Notes: generated by a model not told the origin, from the letters alone. DNA of 64,000 nt from Candidatus Levyibacteriota bacterium (GCA_003173895.1 PJMG01000022.1:67454-131453); one strand, 5' to 3'; counted from the first letter of the stretch, positions 51,186 through 61,500 are shown. Numbers and translations: made by a program.

Positions 51186-51503
51186 ATGAGTAAAAGAGTA
51201 TCTGCAACTATTCTTAATGAACTTTCAAAACGTATAAAAAAAGCACGTGAAGAATCTAATTTATCACAAAAAGAATTAGGCCAGAGCCTTGGTCTTTCTG
51301 ATAAAACTATATCATCATATGAAAAAGGTCGTAGTCTACCTTCTCTAAATCAATTAAAAAAGATTGCTCAAAAAACTGACTATCCACTTAGTTTTTTTAC
51401 TGAAGAAAAAAAATCTACTAATGATGTTCTGGAAAAGAAAATTAAAACTATTGAAAAAGAATTAACTGAGATAAAAAGATTACTAAAATACAAAGGTAAA
51501 TAA
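51186..51503 (+). CDS. XRE-family HTH regulator with C-terminal coiled coil
   Basis: RIKKAR....SQ.ELG..LG....TIS.YE.G...P. Confidence 0.88.
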   Translation: MSKRVSATILNELSKRIKKAREESNLSQKELGQSLGLSDKTISSYEKGRSLPSLNQLKKIAQKTDYPLSFFTEEKKSTNDVLEKKIKTIEKELTEIKRLLKYKGK

Positions 51504-51556
51504 TCATCAAATTATTCCTCTTGACATCTTAGAATTAACTCTATTATTATGAGAAT

Positions 51557-51922
51557 ATGGAGGCTAAATTAGGATTTATTCTACTAGATAGAAATGAGAT
51601 TATTATTTATGTTTACCAAAAGGTTTTTGATAAGAAATGGGCACAAGCATGTTCTCACACTTATGAATTAGTTCCTTATTACTACAAAGAAATAATTTCA
51701 TCATTTGAAATAAGAGATTTTTTAATTAAAATTATACTTTCTCATCAATCAATTCCTAATATCGAATGGCATCTTTTTGGCAGACAAATTGAAGAACGTA
51801 TGTTTAATGAAGTAACTTTAGGTTTTAATTTCCCTTGTCTGCTTTTAAATTTATCTGAAGAACAGAAATTACTTTGCAAAGGCCTATTATTTGAGACAAT
51901 AAAACTTTTTTCTGAATCTTAG
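51557..51922 (+). CDS. Hypothetical protein
   Basis: 121-aa ORF with TTGACA-N18-TATTAT 6 nt upstream. Confidence 0.55.
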   Translation: MEAKLGFILLDRNEIIIYVYQKVFDKKWAQACSHTYELVPYYYKEIISSFEIRDFLIKIILSHQSIPNIEWHLFGRQIEERMFNEVTLGFNFPCLLLNLSEEQKLLCKGLLFETIKLFSES

Positions 51923-52710
51923 AGAATTATATCTCCAGGGTTGAGATTGAAGTGAGTTGCAGCAGATTTTCCTTGAACTACTATTTCTAAAAATCTTTTA
52001 TCTTTTAAACCAGAACTCCCTACTATTAAACCAGGTTTATCATTTGGAACGTCTTTAAGTCTATCAAAACATTCAATTTCGCCTACTTTAGTTTTTAAAA
52101 CTTTACCGTGCTTATGTCCTACTTCCTCAGGTAGAATAGTAGTTTTACAGTTTCCAAAATTATCCACCCACCATACACTAGGAGCTAAATCATCCACTTT
52201 AGAAAATGAATATTCCTCTGTAGGAAAATCTTCCTTATCATAAGCCCATTTCGCGAGTCTTGGCATGTAATCGTAGCTTCTAAATTGACTATGGACTATT
52301 CTATCTCTGGGTTCTTTATCTAGTTTTCCCTTCTCAATCATGTAATCAATAACTGCTGCTACATCTGTAAGCTTTAAAGATTCTGCTATTCCAAATTTCT
52401 TAACTAAAGAGAGCATTTGTTCTGCAATAGTAGAAACAATCAGGGTTTTTCCATGGTAAAAATAGCCAAAAGGCGTTCCATTAGGCCATTTTTTACCTCT
52501 ACCGTGACGAGGCGCTACATTAGCTAAGATAATACCGTCTTCACCGTTTGAAGCATCTAAAATATCAATTAAATTACCAGCTCCTTCTACCTCGCTCCAA
52601 CCAATACCTACTGTAACTATAGATGTTTGTGGAAAAAGAATGGCTAATCTGGTAGCCTGCCTACCCATTGCACTTTGATCATTGCAATCATTAATTACTG
52701 TTACAAACAT
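51919..52710 (-). CDS. SAM hydroxide adenosyltransferase/DUF62 (chlorinase-fluorinase family)
   Basis: NVAP, F..RS.D and VDNFGN.KT motifs; C-terminal GSSG...LEI.V....A. Confidence 0.78.
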   Translation of the reverse strand: MFVTVINDCNDQSAMGRQATRLAILFPQTSIVTVGIGWSEVEGAGNLIDILDASNGEDGIILANVAPRHGRGKKWPNGTPFGYFYHGKTLIVSTIAEQMLSLVKKFGIAESLKLTDVAAVIDYMIEKGKLDKEPRDRIVHSQFRSYDYMPRLAKWAYDKEDFPTEEYSFSKVDDLAPSVWWVDNFGNCKTTILPEEVGHKHGKVLKTKVGEIECFDRLKDVPNDKPGLIVGSSGLKDKRFLEIVVQGKSAATHFNLNPGDIIL

Positions 52711-52792
52711 AACACTGAGTATAAAGATATTGCTTGCTTAATGTCAATTCTGTAATTTTTTTAAAAAAATTGGTATAATAATAAATTAGAAT

Positions 52793-53125
52793 CTAAAAGA
52801 ATAGTTCCCACCATTTTTGCCAATTAGGTAAAGAGTTAATTTTTTCCGCTTTGGTTTGACTTTTACCTATCTCCATTAAAGCCACATTTTCACCCTTTTT
52901 ACTCATAAAAAGCTTATTACGAGCTGTCTCTTCTATATAAAAAGGTGAAGAAGCATTTTGAAGCTGATTTTTAATATTTTTATTCTCCATTTGCTCTTTT
53001 AAGAGTCTGGCTTTCTCTGTTTTTAAGATATCACGCTTTTGCCAAAGGCTATAAATAGAGCTTATTGACGAATAAATAGAAATCAGGCAAACTATTGTAA
53101 TTACTATAAAAATTATTTTTTTCAT
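52793..53125 (-). CDS. Septum formation initiator (FtsB/DivIC-like)
   Basis: TM, coiled coil, IE..AR.KL.M.K.GE and PNWQKWW tail. Confidence 0.82.
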   Translation of the reverse strand: MKKIIFIVITIVCLISIYSSISSIYSLWQKRDILKTEKARLLKEQMENKNIKNQLQNASSPFYIEETARNKLFMSKKGENVALMEIGKSQTKAEKINSLPNWQKWWELFF

Positions 53126-53176
53126 TGACCTAAAGCCAAAAATCTGATATTATAGGTTCTCTAATAGTTAAAATTT

Positions 53177-54043
53177 ATGGCTAGTCTTAAACTTCGTGAA
53201 GCACACGAGAAATTTAAAAACTATTTAAAAGATAAAAATAAATCTAACTCTACTATTTTAGCATATGGGAAGGATTTAGATCAGTTGATATCTTTCTTAG
53301 AAATGCTCAAAAAAGAGCATTTACATGATGTGAAAAAGGAAGATATTGAAGCTTTTGTAGCTAAAATGAAGGGCAAGGGATATAGTGTTAAGTCTGTATC
53401 TCGTAAACTTAATTCTACTAGAACCTTTTATAACTTTTTAAAAATTAACGAATATTATACGGATGATCCATCTATTTTAGTAGAACCTCCTAGATATGCT
53501 CTAGATGAACCTAGAGTTTTAACTCCTACTGAATATCGAGCCCTTCGTGATGCTGCCAGAAAAGATCCTAGAATCTATGCTATTATCGAAGTTCTACTTC
53601 AAACTGGACTTAGGATTGCAGAACTAGCTGAACTTAGACTTTCTGATGTCTCCAAACATGAGCTTAAAATCAGAGCATTTGAAAAGCATGAAGAAAGAAC
53701 TGTACCTTTAAATAAATCTGCTAAAGAAGCCCTAGAAGGTTATTTAAAAATTAGAAAGGAAGTAAATGATGATCATGTATTTATTACTAAAACAGGCAAA
53801 CCATTTTTAATCAGAAATATTAGAACTTCTGTAGAAAGATTCTTTAAAATGGCAGAAATTAAAAATGTAACTATTAATGATCTTAGGAATACTTTTATAG
53901 CTCACCATTTAAAACATGGTGTTTCTTTAATTGTACTATCTAAAATAGTCGGTCATAAAAGACTATCCACTACTGAAAGATATTTAAAATATATTAAAGA
54001 TGGTCAAAAGAAAAATAGTACTAACCACTTAACAGAATTATAA
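53177..54043 (+). CDS. Tyrosine recombinase, XerC/D-like
   Basis: S.STI.AY..DL, TGLRI.EL, LRNTF and GH....TT..Y. Confidence 0.9.
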   Translation: MASLKLREAHEKFKNYLKDKNKSNSTILAYGKDLDQLISFLEMLKKEHLHDVKKEDIEAFVAKMKGKGYSVKSVSRKLNSTRTFYNFLKINEYYTDDPSILVEPPRYALDEPRVLTPTEYRALRDAARKDPRIYAIIEVLLQTGLRIAELAELRLSDVSKHELKIRAFEKHEERTVPLNKSAKEALEGYLKIRKEVNDDHVFITKTGKPFLIRNIRTSVERFFKMAEIKNVTINDLRNTFIAHHLKHGVSLIVLSKIVGHKRLSTTERYLKYIKDGQKKNSTNHLTEL

Positions 54044-54114
54044 TTTCTTCAAATTGCTCCTAATTTTATAACGAATAACTTGTTTTTAAGTGTCTCTTCT
54101 AGTACACTTTTTTA

Positions 54115-54393
54115 ATGACTCCTGAAACAGAGAGTTGGCTTACACAACAACAATTATCTGATTTGCTGGATATATCTTTACATAAAATTAGACCAGTAGT
54201 TAAATCTTTAGCTAATTTAGCTGAAGATCATAGAAGAACGACTGGAGAAGAAGGTTGTTATATCTCCGAAGGAACAGGAGAAAAAGTTATATTTCTAGCA
54301 AAAGAAGATCCACAGGATAATCGTTTTATGTTAGTTAATAGTCGTTCTATACCTACTTTAAGGAGAGCTTTTGGCATTCCGATAGAAAATTAA
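54115..54393 (+). CDS. Small hypothetical protein with N-terminal HTH-like segment
   Basis: WLTQQQLSDLLDIS; TACACT 6 nt before ATG. Confidence 0.55.
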   Translation: MTPETESWLTQQQLSDLLDISLHKIRPVVKSLANLAEDHRRTTGEEGCYISEGTGEKVIFLAKEDPQDNRFMLVNSRSIPTLRRAFGIPIEN

Positions 54394-54406
54394 TTTTTGA
54401 GACGTG

Positions 54407-54478
54407 TGCGCCCAGCTGGACTCGAACCAACGACACGGTGTGTATAAGACACCTGCTCTACCACTGAGCTATGGGCGC
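54407..54478 (-). tRNA. tRNA-Ile(UAU)
   Basis: GCGCCCA/TGGGCGC acceptor stem; anticodon arm GGTGT-CTTATAC-ACACC; GTTCGAG. Confidence 0.9.
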
Positions 54479-54499
54479 GTGCTTGATATTATATCAAAA

Positions 54500-56860
54500 T
54501 TAGAGCTTTGCGCGGACTGCTATTTCTGCTTCTACTTGTTCTTTACTTTTAGCATATTTTAAACGTGATAATTCTTTTATAATTTGTGCTACTTTCATAC
54601 TCTCTTTTGCTTTTTCTTCAGCCATATTTTTTACCATATCTACTGAAAATGGTGTAACTGGTTCACCACCTACAATAGTTTTAACATAAGCATTATATTT
54701 ATCTACATTAATTAAATCTGCTTCATTAAAAACAGGTTGAAATTCGTGCTGGAGATAATTGGCATCTTGAACTCCTACTCTAAAAGAGACCAAAGTTCCT
54801 ACGTTACCAAAAACAGCATTTTTAACTTCTTCTTGCATTTGACCTATAAATTGATTAGCTACAATTAAGTTCAAACGGTATTTACGAGCCTCAGATAGAA
54901 TAGTGGCAAAATCTTGAGAAGCGAAGTTTTGGAACTCATCAACATATAAGAAGAAATCTTTTCTTTGATCCATAGGCATATTTTGTCTACTCATAGCAGC
55001 TACCACTATTTTAGGAATTAAAATAAGTCCTAAGAAATTAGAATTTTCCTCACCAATTATTCCTTTAGATAAATTTATTAAGAGAATTTTTTGGTTATCC
55101 ATTATGTCACGTAGATCAAAAGAACTTTTTGATTGACCTATGATATTTCTCATTAGTTTATTTGTAATGAAACGACCGAATTTAGAAACTGTATAATCTA
55201 ATACTTCTGACTTATGAAAATCGTTAGTTTGAGCTATTTGATCGGTCCAATAACGCCTAACTATAGGATCGGTAACTTTAGGTAAAAGTTCTTGAACAAA
55301 TGAAGAATCTGTCAAAACGCGTTGGACTTCCACGAAAGTACTACCAGGTTCATACATACAAGTTAACATAGCGTTTCTGATTCCATGTTCAAGACGGGGT
55401 CCTACAATACCTGTTTGATTAGGATCAAAAAGCTTATAGAAAAGACCAATCGTAGATGAAACCACATAATGTTTCTGTTCTTCAGAATAGGCTTCCATAA
55501 TGTTAAGTCCCATAGGACGAGCTGTATCCGAAGGATCAAATAAAACCACATCTTCTGCTCGTTTGGCTGGAATACGAGGAAGTACGGATTCTATTAAATC
55601 TCCATGAGGATCAATGACACAAACACCCTGACCATTTTCAATATCCTGAATAATCATATCTTTAAGGAATTCAGATTTTCCAGTTCCGGTCTTTCCAATG
55701 ATATACATATGACGCCTGCGATCTTCAAGCCCCATATAAACTGATTTAGCAATGCCGCGAAAGAGACTTCGTCCGATATAGAGTCCTTCTGAAGCAATTT
55801 GTGTAGGTGCTGGAGCACGTTTAGAAGTTAACCAATAAATATGAGGAGTGGTAATTCCTTTATTTGGGAAGTGAAAAATAGTGGCTAATTCTTCACTAGT
55901 CATAATGGAGGTTTGATCGCGCAGGGGCCAAAATCTATAAACAAAATCTTTAACAGATAAATTTTTAAACCAAGGTTTACATTTTTCAAAACTATTTCCA
56001 CCTGAAAATTGTGCAAAGGCTCCCTCTATATTACCCAAATGTGCTTCAGCTTTTTCTTTATCATGGGAAGAAACTACTAATCTTACTACTACGTTAAAAC
56101 CGGGTTTACTGATTTTATTTTCAATTCCTTCCAATTCTTTAGGATCGCTAGAATATTTAGCAGTTTCCGGATTAGATTCTTTTTTCTTAGTTTCAGCTAT
56201 AAATTTACGTCCTAATTTTTTCCATTTCGCCGCTGCTGGACTTACCATAATTTGGATAGCTGCACCTTCACCTTCACTCATTTTGGCTAAAACAGAAGTT
56301 AGAAGAGATAGACCATCGGTTGGTAATTCTTTAAAAATTTTAATGGGCTTATATGCTGATTCTTCTAATTTTAAAGATGCAAAAGCTACTTTTCCGTTTT
56401 TAGAAAAAATGTTGTAATCATTACCAATAATATTTTTTTGTTTAGGATCTGATTCTGTAACTTCTGAAATTTCTGCATCGGGATAAGCACCATTAATAAG
56501 CTTTTCTAATTGATCTCTAAATTTATTAGGAGTATGAATATAAAATCTGATATCAGCTGGCTGCCCTACAATTTCAAATGAAACATGAGAAGCAGGAGTA
56601 AATCTTCCACCTTTACTTAGAGTGGAAAGTCCTGAAAACAATTGCTCTGCAGCATCAATCTTAATTTCATTTTCGCGAGGTACAGCTACTTGAAGTAGTA
56701 CTGAATCCAAAGATGCTTTTTCTCTATTTCGATATTTATATAAAAGAAAAAGTAAATATCCACCAAAACCTACTCCAGCTACTATAGCTGCTAAAACAGC
56801 CAGAACTAAAACTATAAGAATGAAAAGCAGTAAAAAATTCTGAGAAGATAAAAGTTCCAT
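54500..56860 (-). CDS. VirD4/TrwB/HerA-like membrane ATPase (T4SS DNA-binding domain protein)
   Basis: RRRHMYIIGKTGTGKS, IDPHGDL, LYVDEFQNF and LSEARKY. Confidence 0.88.
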   Translation of the reverse strand: MELLSSQNFLLLFILIVLVLAVLAAIVAGVGFGGYLLFLLYKYRNREKASLDSVLLQVAVPRENEIKIDAAEQLFSGLSTLSKGGRFTPASHVSFEIVGQPADIRFYIHTPNKFRDQLEKLINGAYPDAEISEVTESDPKQKNIIGNDYNIFSKNGKVAFASLKLEESAYKPIKIFKELPTDGLSLLTSVLAKMSEGEGAAIQIMVSPAAAKWKKLGRKFIAETKKKESNPETAKYSSDPKELEGIENKISKPGFNVVVRLVVSSHDKEKAEAHLGNIEGAFAQFSGGNSFEKCKPWFKNLSVKDFVYRFWPLRDQTSIMTSEELATIFHFPNKGITTPHIYWLTSKRAPAPTQIASEGLYIGRSLFRGIAKSVYMGLEDRRRHMYIIGKTGTGKSEFLKDMIIQDIENGQGVCVIDPHGDLIESVLPRIPAKRAEDVVLFDPSDTARPMGLNIMEAYSEEQKHYVVSSTIGLFYKLFDPNQTGIVGPRLEHGIRNAMLTCMYEPGSTFVEVQRVLTDSSFVQELLPKVTDPIVRRYWTDQIAQTNDFHKSEVLDYTVSKFGRFITNKLMRNIIGQSKSSFDLRDIMDNQKILLINLSKGIIGEENSNFLGLILIPKIVVAAMSRQNMPMDQRKDFFLYVDEFQNFASQDFATILSEARKYRLNLIVANQFIGQMQEEVKNAVFGNVGTLVSFRVGVQDANYLQHEFQPVFNEADLINVDKYNAYVKTIVGGEPVTPFSVDMVKNMAEEKAKESMKVAQIIKELSRLKYAKSKEQVEAEIAVRAKL

Positions 56861-56863
56861 AAA

Positions 56864-57283
56864 TTACTTTTTGTTTATTTGATCATAATTTTTTATAACT
56901 AAAAATGAAAGCCATAGCAAAGGATCTGAAGAGTCGTTAAAAAGAGAAAATCCATGAGTTAGTTTTATAGCATCGCTTAAAGAAATAGGTAAATTTAGCT
57001 TTGAATTATTAGCCAAATTTGTATTATTAGTTGACACTGGAGTATTTACTGGAACAGGATTTTGATTTTGAGCTAAATTAGAAGTAGTATTTTTTTCTAT
57101 TTTTTCAATTTGACTTTCATTTTTAGGTGTAGTTTCTTGTATTGGAGCAGTTTCTATAGATACACCTGAATTTTCTATTGGATCTAACTTAACGGCAGCA
57201 CCTTCTTTTCCTACAGTAGGAACACTTACGGGAGTTGATTGATTTTGGAGATTACTATTTTGAGTATTTTGATCGTCTTGCAT
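56864..57283 (-). CDS. Hypothetical low-complexity protein
   Basis: N/Q/P/T-rich N-terminus, C-terminal LP.S...WL motif; coupled to the ATPase gene. Confidence 0.6.
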   Translation of the reverse strand: MQDDQNTQNSNLQNQSTPVSVPTVGKEGAAVKLDPIENSGVSIETAPIQETTPKNESQIEKIEKNTTSNLAQNQNPVPVNTPVSTNNTNLANNSKLNLPISLSDAIKLTHGFSLFNDSSDPLLWLSFLVIKNYDQINKK

Positions 57284-57346
57284 AATGTTATGATACCATT
57301 TGAAGCGTATATATTCAATTAAATTAAGTACTTCTTATTAAAGTGA

Positions 57347-57446
57347 GTAGCAATGCTTTTAAATAGCATTGAAATTCGCTATTTTACAAATATTAAAATA
57401 AAATAAACTTACTATTAGCGAACGCCTATTTAAAAGTATATGCTAC
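57347..57446 (+). repeat. Structured intergenic element, copy B
   Basis: GTAGCA/TGCTAC, ATGCTTTTAAATAG/CTATTTAAAAGTAT and TTCGCTA/TAGCGAA stems; shares exact blocks with copy A. Confidence 0.75.
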
Positions 57447-57471
57447 AAGCTTAATTATAAAAAATTTAATT

Positions 57472-58035
57472 TTATTTCTTCCAAATATTTTCCTTAATTT
57501 TTTTACCAAAGTTTACATAGCGAGCTAGCGTGAAAAACAAATCCGAAAGTCTGTTTAAATAAATTAAATTTTCTTTTTGTACAAATTCATCTTTGGATAA
57601 TTTAACCATTATTCGCTCAGCCCTACGACTAATAGTTCTAGCTAAATGTAAATTAGCAGATATTAAATCTCCTCCTGGGAGAATAAAATTTTTAAGAGGA
57701 GGCATTTTTTCTGTTAACTTATCAATTAATTTTTCAAACTCCAAAACAGTTTTATCTAAATATGAACTTTCTTCTTTAGAATATTTAGCATTCGGACTAG
57801 AGATATTAGACTCAATTAAAAATAAATCCTTTTGAATAGTTTTTAATAAGTTTTCAATATCCAAATTGTGAAATATTAACTCTGAACTGTAAATTAATGC
57901 AATTATAATTCCAATTACAGAATTTAACTCATCTAAACTTCCATATGTTTCTACTCGTATATCATCTTTATAAACTCTCACACCACCCATTAAAGAAGTA
58001 GTACCGCGATCACCTGTTTTAGTATAAATTTTCAT
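57472..58035 (-). CDS. pduO: Cob(I)alamin adenosyltransferase, PduO type
   Basis: KIYTKTGD.G.T, YGSLDELNS, FILPGG, RRAER and LNRLSD. Confidence 0.95.
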   Translation of the reverse strand: MKIYTKTGDRGTTSLMGGVRVYKDDIRVETYGSLDELNSVIGIIIALIYSSELIFHNLDIENLLKTIQKDLFLIESNISSPNAKYSKEESSYLDKTVLEFEKLIDKLTEKMPPLKNFILPGGDLISANLHLARTISRRAERIMVKLSKDEFVQKENLIYLNRLSDLFFTLARYVNFGKKIKENIWKK

Positions 58036-58559
58036 ATTAATTTCTCAATTAGTGTTAATGCTTTTAAATAAGTTTTATGTGTTATTAATTTTTTAGCATT
58101 ATTTAAGCTTACCCATTTTACATCATTAAATTCTCTATAATCTACATTAAGATTTTCCTGAGTTTTTATTAAATACCAAGTATCAAAATGCGCTTTGCAA
58201 ATTTGTCCATCATTTTTAATCTGCATTACAGAAAGTAAGAAGGGTTTATCTAATTTATTAATTTTTAATCCTAATTCTTCGTTTGCTTCCCTTTTAACTG
58301 CATCTTCTAAAGTTTCACCGCTTTCAATGTGTCCACCATTAACTATCCACTGTTTGGCTTTTTTATGGTTAACAATAAGAATTTCTTTTTTTTCTGGATT
58401 AAATGGTATAAAAAATACACAGCAATGATTTTCTGGACTTTCTGATTTAACTAATTTTTTTGTTTTTAATAAATCAGAAAACTCTTTAAACTCATTATTA
58501 TTTAAAAACATTTCTTCAGTAGCAAGATTGATAAGTTCTCTAATTAAGCTTGTTTCCAT
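58032..58559 (-). CDS. Nudix hydrolase
   Basis: GGHIE.GET...AVKREANEELG Nudix box. Confidence 0.9.
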   Translation of the reverse strand: METSLIRELINLATEEMFLNNNEFKEFSDLLKTKKLVKSESPENHCCVFFIPFNPEKKEILIVNHKKAKQWIVNGGHIESGETLEDAVKREANEELGLKINKLDKPFLLSVMQIKNDGQICKAHFDTWYLIKTQENLNVDYREFNDVKWVSLNNAKKLITHKTYLKALTLIEKLI

Positions 58560-58601
58560 ATAACCAATTGGATTTTATATGAATTTAATTTTTGAGGCAA
58601 T

Positions 58602-61040
58602 TTAACATTCTGAATAGCCACAACTATAACATTTTTTACAACCTTCTTCGTATGCGAAACTGGTTACTCCACATTCAGGACAAATATCATACAAATGAGT
58701 TTTTGGTGCTTCATCAACTAGAGCTAGTGGCTGTTGAGTGTTTGAAACTTCTACAGTATTTTCCATTTTAGCAGCAGATGGTACTTCTCCATGGTTTATT
58801 ACTTCATCAATAATTTTTTTATCTTCTACTTTTCCATTAACCATGAAATTGAAATGTTGTGATAAAACTTTAGCTATAGCATCAGGAAGTGAACGAACAC
58901 GATTTACACCAAAACCTACACTTCTGGCTCCCCCAATTCCAGTCAATTGGGCGACTATTTGTTTTACTCGATCACGTGGAGTTAAACTTCCGTTAAGTCT
59001 AAGATTTAGAGAGATAAGACGGCCTAAACCTTCTGCCATAGCACCTACATCAGATCCAGATTTACCAATAGTGATAAATACCTCAAAAGGTTCTTTATTT
59101 TCTGTGTGATTAATCGTTATAAACGTATCACCTACTGGCGTTTTAACTTCATAAGTGGCTCCTTCTATTCTCGAAGGTCTAGTAATTACAGGCATAATAG
59201 GAAGCGCTTGTTGAACCGTTTCTGGTTTAACTTCGTCTTTTTTCTTCTCATCAATTCGTTCTAAAACACCCTGCCTAGAACCATCTCTCATATATGTAAC
59301 GCCTTTTAGATTGTAGTCGTATGCTGCCATATAAAGTGTTTTTACATCATCTACAGTATGTGTATTGGGAGCATTAACTGTTTTAGAGATAGATGAATCG
59401 ATATATTTTTGAGCAATTGCCTGAACTTTAACATGCTCCATAGGAGTCAAATCATTAGCTGAAACAAAATATGAAGGGCGTTCTTCATCAGGATGAGCTT
59501 TTCTCCATTGGCCAAATAATTCATGATAAACCAAATCTTCTCCACCTCTCCATTTACGTATGAATGAGAACTCATAAACTGGCTCCACTCCAGAGGAAGT
59601 TCCAGAAACAGTAGAAGTAGTACCAGTAGGAGCAATAGTTAAAAGTACAGCATTTCTAATGCCATTTTTAGCTATTCTGTCTCTTATTTCTTTTGGCAAA
59701 TTTTGAATATGGTAACCTTTTAAATATTTAGATTTAATAAATTTAGGGAATGAACCTTTTTCGCGAGCGATATCTGAGGATGCAATATATGCATTATCGC
59801 GTAGCGTTTTAAATATTTTCTCAATAACTGGGAGTGATTCTTCTCTTCCATAACCAAGTTTCATTTTTATAAGTGCATCTCCTAATCCCATTATTCCTAA
59901 ACCTGTTCTTCTAATATCTTTAGCGCATTTTTCGTTTTCTGGGAAAAAGTAATAGGTTTTATCAATCACATCATCTAAAAATCTCATGGCAACTTGGACA
60001 TCTTTTCCAAATGACTCAAAATCAAATTCTCCTGCTTTATCATGAGATAAATCATCACCTTTCACATAGGCAGATAAATTCATAGCACCTAGATTACAAA
60101 CAGCCCATGGACCTAAAGGTTGTTCACCACAAGGATTGGTAGCTACTAATCGCTCAAAATAATAAGTGTTTGACTGTTTATTAGAACGATCTAAGAAATG
60201 AAGTCCTGGTTCCGCAGATCTCCAAGCTGCTGTACAAATAAGATCCCATAGATATCTAGCTTTTAGAGTTTTATACACTTTAACTTTTTTACCGAGTGCT
60301 TTCCAATGATCTATTTCTCCATCCCATTTTTCATCATATTCAGGATCTTCTACATCTGGAAAGACTAAATCCCAATCCTTATCATTTTTAACAGCCTGCA
60401 TAAATGCATCTGAGATACAAACAGATAAATTAGCTCCATTAATTTTAGTTAAATCTTGCTTTACAGTAATAAATTCTTCTACATCAGGATGCCAATCCCA
60501 GAGCATAAGCATAGTAGCACCACGTCTAGTTCCACCTTGCTGAACTACATCATGAGTCGCAAATGAAAACATTCCAGCCCAAGTTACAGGACCAGATGAA
60601 GTCCCATTAACTTTTTTAACACGTGCCCCTCTCGGACGAAGAGAGGATAAATTAAGACCAACTCCACCTGAACGAGATTGAATCTCTACTAATTGTTTTA
60701 AACTATCTAATATTCCATCTCGTGAATCATGAGGAGAAGGAATAACAAAACAGTTAAAGTATGTAACTTGATAATTTGTACCTGCTCCGGATAAAATTCT
60801 TCCACCTGGAACAAATTTGAAATCTTCTAAAACATCGTAAAATTTTTTCTCCCAAATTTTTCTTAAAGCTGGTTTTTCATTTTGAGCGATACCCCAAGCA
60901 ACACGTGCCCATGTCTCCTCAGGTGTTGATTCTGCTAGTGATCCATCTGGATTTTTAAGAGCATAACGATCTAAAAACACTTTCTCTCTTAAAGTCCCTA
61001 TAAAATTTTTTTGTTTTGTTTGTTTTTTATTATCAGCCAT
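58602..61040 (-). CDS. nrdJ: Adenosylcobalamin-dependent (class II) ribonucleotide reductase
   Basis: NCFV, ATNPCGEQPL, IAPTGT, C-terminal TSCPD-like domain and Cys cluster; linked to pduO. Confidence 0.95.
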   Translation of the reverse strand: MADNKKQTKQKNFIGTLREKVFLDRYALKNPDGSLAESTPEETWARVAWGIAQNEKPALRKIWEKKFYDVLEDFKFVPGGRILSGAGTNYQVTYFNCFVIPSPHDSRDGILDSLKQLVEIQSRSGGVGLNLSSLRPRGARVKKVNGTSSGPVTWAGMFSFATHDVVQQGGTRRGATMLMLWDWHPDVEEFITVKQDLTKINGANLSVCISDAFMQAVKNDKDWDLVFPDVEDPEYDEKWDGEIDHWKALGKKVKVYKTLKARYLWDLICTAAWRSAEPGLHFLDRSNKQSNTYYFERLVATNPCGEQPLGPWAVCNLGAMNLSAYVKGDDLSHDKAGEFDFESFGKDVQVAMRFLDDVIDKTYYFFPENEKCAKDIRRTGLGIMGLGDALIKMKLGYGREESLPVIEKIFKTLRDNAYIASSDIAREKGSFPKFIKSKYLKGYHIQNLPKEIRDRIAKNGIRNAVLLTIAPTGTTSTVSGTSSGVEPVYEFSFIRKWRGGEDLVYHELFGQWRKAHPDEERPSYFVSANDLTPMEHVKVQAIAQKYIDSSISKTVNAPNTHTVDDVKTLYMAAYDYNLKGVTYMRDGSRQGVLERIDEKKKDEVKPETVQQALPIMPVITRPSRIEGATYEVKTPVGDTFITINHTENKEPFEVFITIGKSGSDVGAMAEGLGRLISLNLRLNGSLTPRDRVKQIVAQLTGIGGARSVGFGVNRVRSLPDAIAKVLSQHFNFMVNGKVEDKKIIDEVINHGEVPSAAKMENTVEVSNTQQPLALVDEAPKTHLYDICPECGVTSFAYEEGCKKCYSCGYSEC

Positions 61041-61044
61041 AAAT

Positions 61045-61494
61045 TTATTTTGTTAACTTCCTAACTTCCTTTTCAAAATCTTCTATATCTACAAATCGTT
61101 TAAAAACACTTGAAAACCTAATATATGCCACTTGATCTAACTTTTTAAGCCGTTTCGCTACCATATCTCCTATTTCTTTACTCTTAACTTCACTATTATC
61201 TCGGCTTAAAACATCTTTTTCTACATCAGTTACTATTTTTTCTATTTGTTCCAGACTAACTTTAGTTTTATCGCAAGAAGTTAAGATACCTTTTTTTAGT
61301 TTCTCACGATCAAACTGTTCCCGCCTTCCGTCTCTTTTTATAACAAATAGATTTACATTTTCTACTCTTTCGTAGGTCGTAAATCTTTTACCGCATGATA
61401 AGCAAGATCTTCGTCTTCTTATAGTACCTAAGTCCTCGTTATCTCGCGTTTCAATTACTTCTGATTGAGTACTTTTACAATATGGACACTTCAT
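61045..61494 (-). CDS. nrdR: Transcriptional repressor NrdR
   Basis: MKCPYC, RRRRSC..C..RFTTYE, ATP cone and AYIRF.SV. Confidence 0.98.
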   Translation of the reverse strand: MKCPYCKSTQSEVIETRDNEDLGTIRRRRSCLSCGKRFTTYERVENVNLFVIKRDGRREQFDREKLKKGILTSCDKTKVSLEQIEKIVTDVEKDVLSRDNSEVKSKEIGDMVAKRLKKLDQVAYIRFSSVFKRFVDIEDFEKEVRKLTK

Positions 61495-61500
61495 AAGTTT

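Noticed and set aside
54099-54108. CTAGTACACT, matching part of the TrpR operator
   Set aside because: Second CTAG missing; coincides with a -10 box
53177-54478. Integrated element (integrase, excisionase, tRNA att site)
   Set aside because: No duplicated tRNA 3' end seen; the recombinase is XerC/D-sized; flanks are housekeeping genes
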